A stretch of DNA of 64,000 nucleotides. Source: Candidatus Dormibacteria bacterium. Its GTDB lineage: Bacteria > Chloroflexota > Dormibacteria > Aeolococcales > Bog-877. The stretch is taken from NCBI GenBank assembly GCA_050734395.1, contig JBOHUK010000042.1, positions 7,023 through 71,022 on the forward strand. The letters are read 5' to 3'. This document shows, piece by piece, positions 57,701-64,000 of the stretch. A model generated the notes under the pieces. It was not told the DNA's origin. It saw nothing but the letters and a program-made list of their open reading frames with translations, and made no database searches. Numbering within the stretch: position 1 is the stretch's first letter; each line of letters opens with the position of its first letter. The position numbers and the translations under genes are program-made.

Positions 57701-59851
57701 TCAGCAGGTGCCGTTCCAGCCGCTCTTGTAGGCTCCCGGGCAGTTGACGTTCTGGTGGGCTAGGGTGATGGTGCTGGGCAGGTAGTACTCGGCGTTTTGG
57801 CCCTGCCCCACCTGGTAGAGGTCGGCGGGCTTGGTGTACCAGAGCGGCGGCTGACCCTGCAGAGCCGCCTTCATGTAGTCCTGCCAGAGCGGGGCGGCCC
57901 CGGTGATCCCCGAGGCCACGTCCGAGAGCACCTTGTTGTCGGGGTTGCCCACCCAGGTGGCGGTGAGCATCTGCGGCGTCCAGCCGAAGGTCCAGTTGTC
58001 GCCGATCCCCTCTTGGTCGATGCCGCCATTGGCGGAGATGCCGTTGGAGGTGCCGGTCTTGGCCGACACCTGCCGGCCGGTCAGGGTCAGGCCGCTGTTG
58101 GCGCCGAACTCCTCGATGCGGTTGTTGTTGTTGGAGAGGATGGCGTTCATGATGTAGGCCACGTCCGAGGGGATCACCTGCACCGAGTTGTCGGCCACGT
58201 TGTACTGGTAGAGGGTGCGCTGGCCGCTCGTGACCTTAAGGATGGTGGTGGGCTGGTGCAGCACCCCGCCGCTGGCCAGGACCGAGGCCCCCGTCGCCAT
58301 CTGCACCATCGTCACCCCGTAGCCGAGTCCACCCAGGGTGAGCGCCGCCCCATAGGTGTTGGCGGGATCGAGCAGGTCGCTGACCCCCATGCGCTCGGCG
58401 GTGTTGACCACGTTCTGCAGCCCGCTGATCAGCTCCACCTTCACCGCCGCGACGTTGATCGAGTTGCCCAGGCAGGACTGCACCTCACAGATCCCGTGAA
58501 AGCGGTGGTCGTAGTTGGCGGGTGAGTAGTTGCCGGGTTGGATGTCGATCGGGGCGTCCAGGACCGGGGTGGTCATGGTGAACTTGCCGGACGCGATCGC
58601 CGCCGTGTAGGTGAACATCTTGAAGGACGACCCCGGCTGACGCGGTTCGTCGGTCATGTTGATCTGGCCCCACTGGCCAGCGGGGTTGGTCGTGCCCACC
58701 ATGGCCAGGACCTCGCCGTTGCGGGGGTCGAGGGAGAGCAGCGAGGCGTCGCCGATGTTGAAGTCGCGAAGCATGTAGGCGTCGTAGCTCGGGTTCTGGA
58801 TCACGCCCTCCGCCAGGGATTGGTCCCCGGGGTTGAGCGAGGTGTAGATCTGCCAGCCCCCGGGGTTGAGGTAGGCGTCGCCGAAGCGGGCCTGGAGCTG
58901 ACTCTCCGCGAAGGAGACGAAGTTGGGGTCCACGTCTACCTCGCTGTCCTCCCAGGGGTAGAAGGTGAGCGGCTCTTTGTAGGCGGCCTGGGCTCGGGCC
59001 TCGGTGAGGTAGCCGTTGCGCACCATCGCCTGGAGCACCACCTGCTGGCGGTCCTTGGCTAAGTTGGCCGATCCCTTGGCGGTGAGGTACAGGAGGGGGT
59101 TGTAGGCGGTCGGGGCATCGGGGATCCCGGCCAGGATGCTGGCCTGGGCCAGATCGAGCTTGTCGGCCGGGACGTGGAAGTAGAGCTCGGCGGCGCTGCC
59201 GATCCCGATCGCCTGGTTGCCGTAGTTGATCCGGTTGACGTACATCTGCAGGATCTGGTTGGGCTTGAAGAGCTTGGCGATCTCGTAGCCCAAGAGCAGC
59301 TCGCGGACCTTGCGGGTGATGGTCTTCTCCGGGGTCAGGAAGGCGTTCTTGGCCAGCTGCTCGGTGATGGTGCTGGCCCCCTGGACCGCCTGGTGCGAGA
59401 GCACGTCCTTGACCCCTGACTCCAGGATCCGGGGCAGGTCGGCGGCTCCGGTGTCCTGGTAGAAGTGGCGGTCCTCGACGGCGATGGTGGCCTTGATCAG
59501 CCAGGGGCTGACCTGCTTGAGGGAGACGCTGACGTGGTGCACCCCGGGCTCGTGCAGCACCGCCAGCAGCGAGCCGTCGCTGGCCAGCAGCTCGCTGTCC
59601 TGGGGCGGGCCCAAGTAGGGGAGGGAGGCCACGCTGGGCAGTCCCACCTGGAATGCGGCCAGCACGATCATCGCCGCCCCGGCCACGGCGGAGCCCGCCA
59701 GCACCACCACCAAGATGGCGACCGCCAGCTGGCGCATCCAGGAGTGGCGGCGCCAGAAGCCGGTGCGACCCGGGCGGCGCAGGGCGCCCCTACGCCGCAG
59801 CGCGGCCTGCCGGGACGCCCGCTCACGCGGGCTGAGTGAGATGTCCTGCAT
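57701..59851 (-). CDS. ponA: Class A penicillin-binding protein (PBP1A; transglycosylase + transpeptidase)
   Basis: N-terminal TM anchor. GT51 motifs AVEDRHFYQ and ASTITQQLAKN (here GASTITEQLAKNAF). Transpeptidase motifs SSFK (GSSFKMF), SCLGNS/ SxN, and KTGT (SAKTGTS). Confidence 0.9.
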   Translation of the reverse strand: MQDISLSPRERASRQAALRRRGALRRPGRTGFWRRHSWMRQLAVAILVVVLAGSAVAGAAMIVLAAFQVGLPSVASLPYLGPPQDSELLASDGSLLAVLHEPGVHHVSVSLKQVSPWLIKATIAVEDRHFYQDTGAADLPRILESGVKDVLSHQAVQGASTITEQLAKNAFLTPEKTITRKVRELLLGYEIAKLFKPNQILQMYVNRINYGNQAIGIGSAAELYFHVPADKLDLAQASILAGIPDAPTAYNPLLYLTAKGSANLAKDRQQVVLQAMVRNGYLTEARAQAAYKEPLTFYPWEDSEVDVDPNFVSFAESQLQARFGDAYLNPGGWQIYTSLNPGDQSLAEGVIQNPSYDAYMLRDFNIGDASLLSLDPRNGEVLAMVGTTNPAGQWGQINMTDEPRQPGSSFKMFTYTAAIASGKFTMTTPVLDAPIDIQPGNYSPANYDHRFHGICEVQSCLGNSINVAAVKVELISGLQNVVNTAERMGVSDLLDPANTYGAALTLGGLGYGVTMVQMATGASVLASGGVLHQPTTILKVTSGQRTLYQYNVADNSVQVIPSDVAYIMNAILSNNNNRIEEFGANSGLTLTGRQVSAKTGTSNGISANGGIDQEGIGDNWTFGWTPQMLTATWVGNPDNKVLSDVASGITGAAPLWQDYMKAALQGQPPLWYTKPADLYQVGQGQNAEYYLPSTITLAHQNVNCPGAYKSGWNGTC

Positions 59852-60014
59852 CAGATCCTGGTGACAGGTGGCCGCCGACCGCCCCCGGGGCGATTATGGC
59901 AGCCCGTTGCAACTGACTCCGGCCAGATCGATCCGGAAGATCGCGTTACGGCGGCGTGGCGAGGGCCTCACGACCTTGCAAATACGCGATGGCGCCGGGA
60001 TCAGTTACGCGGAC

Positions 60015-61415
60015 TCAATGGCAGACTCGATCTCAGCGTCCAGTCCGGGCAGGTCCCGATCCAGGAAGTTGAGTTCACTGCCGATGTCCGCAGCCCCGCT
60101 CGCCGCCCAGCCCCAGCGCACTCCGATCGGCTTCCCCCCGGTGCCGCGCAGCCCCAAGGAGGCGGGCCTGCCCTCGGGCTTCATCGCCGACCTGGTGCTC
60201 AAGGTCATGTACTACAACGGGGTCATGCTGGGCCGCGACGCCGCCCGGCACGTCTGCCTGCCCTGGGGCATCGTCAGCGAGTCGCTCAAGTTCCTCGCCG
60301 ATGAGGGCTACGTCTCCACGACCGGGATCAGAGGCGCCGTCGGCGGCACCGACTTCGCCGAGGGCCTCCAGTACGCCATCACCCGCTCTGGCCGGGAGAA
60401 GGCCAAGGAGCTGATCGAGGTCAACCAGTACTCGGGACCGGCGCCGGTGCCGTTGGAGGTCTACGTCGCCGTCGCCCGTCACCAGGGGCGCAACTCCACG
60501 CCGGTCACCCACCAGCTGCTGCGCTCGGCTCTGGACCACCTGGTGCTGCCGCCCAGCGTGCTCAACCGCCTCGGGCCCGCCCTGGGCTCGCGCCAGTCGA
60601 TCTTCCTCTACGGCCCCCCCGGCAACGGCAAGAGCACCATCGCCGAGGCCTGCGCCTCACTGCTGGGCGACGCCGTCTTCGTGCCTCACGCGCTCTATGT
60701 CAAGGGCGAGGTGATCCGGGTCTTCGACCCCATGCATCACCGCCCGGTCACGGTCGACCTCCCTCCCCACGACCACCGCTGGGCGCTTTGCAACCGGCCG
60801 GTGGTGCGGGCCGGGGGCGAGCTCACCGGCAGGGAGCTGGAGCTGAGCTTCGACCCCCGGATGGGCTTCTACGAGGCCTCGCTGCAGCTCAAGGCCAACG
60901 GCGGCCTCTTCCTGGTCGACGACTTCGGCCGCCAGCAACTGAGCCCCCAGGACATGCTCAACCGGCTGATCGTGCCGCTCGAGGCCGGCTTCGACTACCT
61001 CAACATCTCCCGCGCCGGGACCACGGTGATGGTGCCCTTCACCGAGATCCTCATCCTCTCCACCAACCTCAAGCCCAGGGACCTGATCGACGAGGCCTTC
61101 CTGCGCCGCATCCGCTACAAGGTGGAGGTCCCCAACCCCTCGGTGATCGAGTACGGGCGGATCTTCCGCCGGGTGTGCGAGGGGATGGGCCTGGAGTACG
61201 ACCCGGCGGCCGTCAACTACCTGATCGACGAGCACTACCACAAGTCGGGCCGGCCCCTGCACGGCTGCGAGCCCCGCGACATCCTCGACCACCTGGTTCA
61301 CGCCGCCCGCTACTTCGGGGTCGAGCCCCGGCTCACCCCTGAGCTGCTCGACCATGCCGTCTCCGCCTACTTTGCCAACCTCGATGACGACGAGGAGCCC
61401 GCGCCCCTCAGCTGA
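60015..61415 (+). CDS. AAA+ family ATPase of unassigned subfamily
   Basis: Walker A LYGPPGNGKST, Walker B LFLVDDFGRQ (about 100 aa downstream, an unusually long spacing), sensor-1-like ILSTNL, and an arginine-rich FLRRIRYKVEV. The N-terminal roughly 130 aa are a distinct domain preceded by a Ser/Pro/Arg-rich segment. The start is uncertain (60015 or 60084). The longer ORF from 59868 would leave only 16 bp to the divergent ponA start. Confidence 0.55.
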   Translation, partial: SMADSISASSPGRSRSRKLSSLPMSAAPLAAQPQRTPIGFPPVPRSPKEAGLPSGFIADLVLKVMYYNGVMLGRDAARHVCLPWGIVSESLKFLADEGYVSTTGIRGAVGGTDFAEGLQYAITRSGREKAKELIEVNQYSGPAPVPLEVYVAVARHQGRNSTPVTHQLLRSALDHLVLPPSVLNRLGPALGSRQSIFLYGPPGNGKSTIAEACASLLGDAVFVPHALYVKGEVIRVFDPMHHRPVTVDLPPHDHRWALCNRPVVRAGGELTGRELELSFDPRMGFYEASLQLKANGGLFLVDDFGRQQLSPQDMLNRLIVPLEAGFDYLNISRAGTTVMVPFTEILILSTNLKPRDLIDEAFLRRIRYKVEVPNPSVIEYGRIFRRVCEGMGLEYDPAAVNYLIDEHYHKSGRPLHGCEPRDILDHLVHAARYFGVEPRLTPELLDHAVSAYFANLDDDEEPAPLS

Positions 61416-61442
61416 GCCGCCCGGGAGAAGGCGGGGGCCCGC

Positions 61443-61468
61443 TCAGGTCTCAGGTCTCAGGTCCAGGT
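61443..61468. repeat. Short tandem heptamer repeat (TCAGGTC x3.7)
   Basis: tcaggtc tcaggtc tcaggtc caggt lies in the intergenic space between the convergent AAA ATPase and TIGR03083-like genes. Confidence 0.5.
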
Positions 61469-62227
61469 AACCCGCCCCCGCTCGCGCCAGGCCACGAGAG
61501 GCGCCGCGTCCCCGCGGACCTCCAGGGCGTCGGCGGCCAGCCGGTTCCAGAGCAGCAGGTAGAGCTGCGAGGCGGTGGCCCGCAGCGAGCAGTCGCACTC
61601 ACCGCTCGCGCCCCGCTCTGCCTGAAGGCGCTCCGGCCCGAGCCGCAGGGTCCAGCGCCAGGGCCCGTCGGCCGCCTCCAGCCTCAGCAATTGGGCCGTC
61701 GCACCCGGGAACCTGAACCGCCGCCCAAAGCCGAACAGGAGCTCCTCGACGCCGTCGGCGGCCAGCGGGGGCGCGAAGGCGGCGACCTCGCCCAGGGCCG
61801 CGGCGGCATCGGCGCGGTGGATCTCGGTCTCGTGAGCCTGGCGCCGGGCCCAGAAGCTCAGCGGGGAGGGAGCCGGCAGGAATGCCCAGCAGCTCAGTGA
61901 GGGCGGCGCCTGGCGCAGGGCTTGGACCAGCTGCGCCGATCCCTCCTGGAACCAGCCCAGCAGGAGGGGGTCCGGGGGCGGGCTGGCCATCAGCAGCGCC
62001 TCCTCCTCCTTGCCCATCGCCCGCTCCCGCGCCTCCGCCACGTGGGCGAGCGCCCAGCGGTGCACGAAGCCCTGGTGGCGCACCAGGTCGCGCACCTGCC
62101 AGCTCGGGCAGGTGGGTACCTCCAGGTCCCATCCCGCCCTCTCGACGTCGCGTGCCAATTCCAAGCTCTGCAGCTCGATCGAGCCGATCCAACTCGCCAG
62201 GTCCACCTCGGGGTCAGGCACGAGCAT
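61457..62227 (-). CDS. Mycothiol-dependent maleylpyruvate isomerase N-terminal domain (TIGR03083/DinB_2-like) family protein
   Basis: CPSWQVRDLVRHQGFVHRWA is the W.VRDL.xH signature of TIGR03083. An actinobacterial family. Confidence 0.55.
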   Translation of the reverse strand: MLVPDPEVDLASWIGSIELQSLELARDVERAGWDLEVPTCPSWQVRDLVRHQGFVHRWALAHVAEARERAMGKEEEALLMASPPPDPLLLGWFQEGSAQLVQALRQAPPSLSCWAFLPAPSPLSFWARRQAHETEIHRADAAAALGEVAAFAPPLAADGVEELLFGFGRRFRFPGATAQLLRLEAADGPWRWTLRLGPERLQAERGASGECDCSLRATASQLYLLLWNRLAADALEVRGDAAPLVAWRERGRVTWT

Positions 62228-62789
62228 CGGTCCCGAGCTCGCGCCACTCCTGCTCGCGGATGGCGTAGATCCATTCGTCGGTCCACTCCCCCTTGACCCA
62301 CTCGTTCTCCACCATCACCGCCTCCCGGGTCATCCCCAGGCGCTCCATGAGTCGGGCCGAGCGCAGGTTGCGCCCATCGCAGCGTCCGAGGATCCGGTGC
62401 AGGCGCAGGGTCTCGAATCCGAGCCGCAGCAGCTCGGTCGCCGCCTCCTGGGCCAGCCCCTGGCCCTGGAAGTCGGGATGGAAGACGAACCCGATCTCTC
62501 CCTGGCGGTGGTCCACGCTGCGCAGGAAGAAGTTGACAGTGCCGATGAGCTGGTTCTGGCTCAGCTCCTCGACCGCCAGGACCAAAGCGTCCGCGTCGCG
62601 CGCCAAGTTGGGGATCGCCAGCGACCCCTCCAGCCAGCGTCGTACCTGGTCGCGGTTGCGCGGCTCCCAGTAGAGGTAGCGGACCACATCAGGGCGGCTG
62701 TGGATGTCGGAGAGAGGATCGAGGTCGTCCGCCTGCAGCTGGCGCAGGCGGAGGCGCTCGGTCTGGATGGGCAGCTTCAGATCGGCCAA
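62214..62789 (-). CDS. GNAT family N-acetyltransferase (RimJ/RimL-like)
   Basis: TERLRLRQLQADD....IGTVNFF......GEIGFVFHPDFQGQGLAQEA is the RimJ/L-type acetyl-CoA binding region. Confidence 0.8.
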   Translation of the reverse strand: MADLKLPIQTERLRLRQLQADDLDPLSDIHSRPDVVRYLYWEPRNRDQVRRWLEGSLAIPNLARDADALVLAVEELSQNQLIGTVNFFLRSVDHRQGEIGFVFHPDFQGQGLAQEAATELLRLGFETLRLHRILGRCDGRNLRSARLMERLGMTREAVMVENEWVKGEWTDEWIYAIREQEWRELGTDARA

Positions 62790-63098
62790 CCCGCCCCCCG
62801 GCGGCGGCCATCTCTGTGCGGGCGCGCGTCAACTCGGTCCTTGCTCCGGTCGGGAGGCGACGCCGCTGACACGCCGCTCAGTATCAGCCCGCGGCTAAGC
62901 GGTTGGAGCTGCCCCCAGACGAGATTGGTGGCCGTTACCGCTCGTAGTGTTTGCCAGTTTCCAGGGCACGGCCGGGCGAGGGCAGATCCGGTTGGGCGGC
63001 CCGAGGTACGGGGAGCACGGAAAACACCGGCAAGGGGTGGCTAGAGCCGTCACCGGGAACGGTGGCCCGTTCTTCTGTGGAAGGCACGGTCGAGCCAG

Positions 63099-63683
63099 CT
63101 AGTGCGCCACGCGGTAGCGGAGGTAGAGGACTCCGGAGCTGAAGGTCTGGTTCTCGACCAGTTGGAGACCCACCTGGCGCTCGTCCTGGGGGAAGAACGC
63201 CGTGCCACCGCCCACCAACACCGGGTAGACCCGGGCCCGGTACTCGTCGATCAGATCCAAAGCCGCCAGCTCGGCGGCGAGAGTCGCGCCGCCGATCGCG
63301 ATGGCGCCCTCCCCCGGCTGCGCTCGCAACCGCTCGATCTCCTCCGCCAGGCCGCCTCGGGCCAGCCGGGCATTGCCCGCTACTGCCCGAAGCGTGGTCG
63401 AGAACACCACCTTTGGGAGGGCCCTCCAGAGCGCGGCCCACTCAAGCTCGGAGTCGTCGAGCGGCGGGTCGTGGTCGGAGGCCTCCCAGTACAGCATCGT
63501 CTCGTACAGCCGGCGTCCCAACAGGTGGACGCCGACAGCTCGGATCTCGTCGATACAGAAGCGGAATACCTCCTCGTCGGGCCTACTCCACCCGAACCCT
63601 CCGTCCGGCCCGACGATGTAGCCGTCAAGCGAGACACCCATCGAATAGGTCACAGCCCGCATCGACAGCTCCTCCTCGGCCAT
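63099..63683 (-). CDS. Dihydrofolate reductase family protein (RibD C-terminal domain-like)
   Basis: MRAVTYSMGVSLDGYIVGPDGGFGW....AIAIGGATLAAELAALDLIDEYRARVYPVLVGGGTAFF is the YwjB/RibD_C pattern. The upstream 80 codons of the listed ORF lack support. Confidence 0.7.
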   Translation of the reverse strand: MAEEELSMRAVTYSMGVSLDGYIVGPDGGFGWSRPDEEVFRFCIDEIRAVGVHLLGRRLYETMLYWEASDHDPPLDDSELEWAALWRALPKVVFSTTLRAVAGNARLARGGLAEEIERLRAQPGEGAIAIGGATLAAELAALDLIDEYRARVYPVLVGGGTAFFPQDERQVGLQLVENQTFSSGVLYLRYRVAH

Positions 63684-63801
63684 CCGTTCGTCAGCACAAC
63701 GATGCACTGGTCCGGTTTCACCGGACACGGGGATCCGCTCCCTGGCTGCGAGCGAGGTCGGCTTCGTCGGTTTGGTGGAGCGAAGGGTGTCTGGTTTCAC
63801 C

Positions 63802-63847
63802 ACATAGTGCCCGGGGTTGAGCCGGAATGTCTCAAGACATAGTGCCC
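63802..63847. repeat. 11-bp direct repeat ACATAGTGCCC x2 (35-bp spacing) just upstream of a transposase start
   Basis: Copies at 63802-63812 and 63837-63847. Possible IS terminal or transposase-binding repeats. Confidence 0.4.
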
Positions 63848-63872
63848 ACGTACCGAAGTCGGAGGGTGGGCA

Positions 63873-64000
63873 ATGGGCGTGGAACGCTACGTGGTGGAGG
63901 CGGTCGTCCGAGAAGGGCGGAGTCACCGGGAAGTCGCCCGGAGCGCCGGGGTCTCCAAGGCCTGGGTGACCAAGCTGGTCTCCCGCTACCGAACGGGCGG
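63873..64000 (+). mobile_element. IS481-like (HTH_Tnp) transposase, N-terminal fragment running off the window end
   Basis: MGVERYVVEAVVREGRSHREVARSAGVSKAWVTKLVSRYRTG is a typical transposase N-terminal helix-turn-helix (IS481/IS3-group style). A GGAGGG RBS lies 8 nt upstream of the ATG. Confidence 0.5.

Noticed and set aside
57000-59851. Apparently lower GC (about 62%) in the AspH-like/ponA region as a sign of horizontal transfer
   Set aside because: Other conserved enzymes in the window (clpP, metK) show similarly reduced GC. This fits amino-acid constraint in conserved proteins better than foreign origin, so I made no HGT call.
63684-63926. N-terminal 80 codons of ORF 63099..63926 (MTPPFSDDRLHHVAFHAHCPP...)
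   Set aside because: There is no family support, and it would run across the putative IS end and the direct repeats. The DHFR-family domain begins at the internal Met (63683 or 63662).
1-64000. CRISPR arrays, rRNA genes and integrases
   Set aside because: I saw no regularly spaced direct repeats of CRISPR size, no 16S/23S/5S-like conserved stretches and no tyrosine/serine recombinase motifs. Only the two IS transposase fragments were found.

Overview
This is a high-GC (about 70%) bacterial chromosomal segment, probably actinobacterial: it carries a TIGR03083 mycothiol-type gene, an SCO1664-family gene and a luciferase-like (LLM, possibly F420-type) oxidoreductase. Most of it is co-directional (+ strand) housekeeping genes. 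Shadow ORFs are abundant in every frame and were discounted where they are antisense to a confidently recognised gene.

Gene order along the window:
- (1) A panE 3' end, a CDP-alcohol phosphatidyltransferase and an Ada-like AraC-HTH/MGMT fusion.
- (2) A large surface-glycan biosynthesis locus: a flippase-like UPF0104 membrane protein, a membrane GT2, an embedded trpS, a WaaL/Wzy-like O-antigen ligase/polymerase protein, a Wzx flippase, a priming sugar-phosphate transferase, rmlA-rmlC-rmlB-rmlD, and two GT2 genes.
- (3) DUF2203, then the activated-methyl-cycle genes apt-ahcY-metK, followed by a split GDP-mannose module (manC nucleotidyltransferase, manB, a separate cupin/PMI-like gene).
- (4) A catabolic operon: class-III aminotransferase, aldehyde dehydrogenase, acyl-CoA dehydrogenase, alpha/beta hydrolase and ThpR. 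Convergent with it are an SCO1664 (PI3/4-kinase-like) gene, DedA, an SRPBCC protein, an ICMT-family methyltransferase and an APC permease.
- (5) A tRNA-bounded islet: an IS30 transposase remnant abutting tRNA-Arg(ACG), a cellulose-synthase-like processive GT2 with a Pro/Ser/Thr tail, a small membrane protein and tRNA-Leu(UAG).
- (6) tig, clpP, a stand-alone ClpX-type zinc-finger mini-ORF, clpX, metE (with a long leader) and valS.
- (7) A four-gene, translationally coupled operon of very hydrophobic membrane proteins directly after valS, with no confidently recognisable family. I rate this the most novel-looking candidate system.
- (8) maf, a DUF11-repeat lipoprotein, rplU (with a long C-terminal extension), rpmA, obg, nadD, rsfS, an LLM oxidoreductase, an AspH-like hypothetical, ponA (PBP1A), a divergently transcribed AAA+ ATPase, a TIGR03083-type gene, a GNAT gene, a DHFR-family gene, and an IS481-like transposase 5' fragment at the window edge.

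No CRISPR array or rRNA genes were seen.
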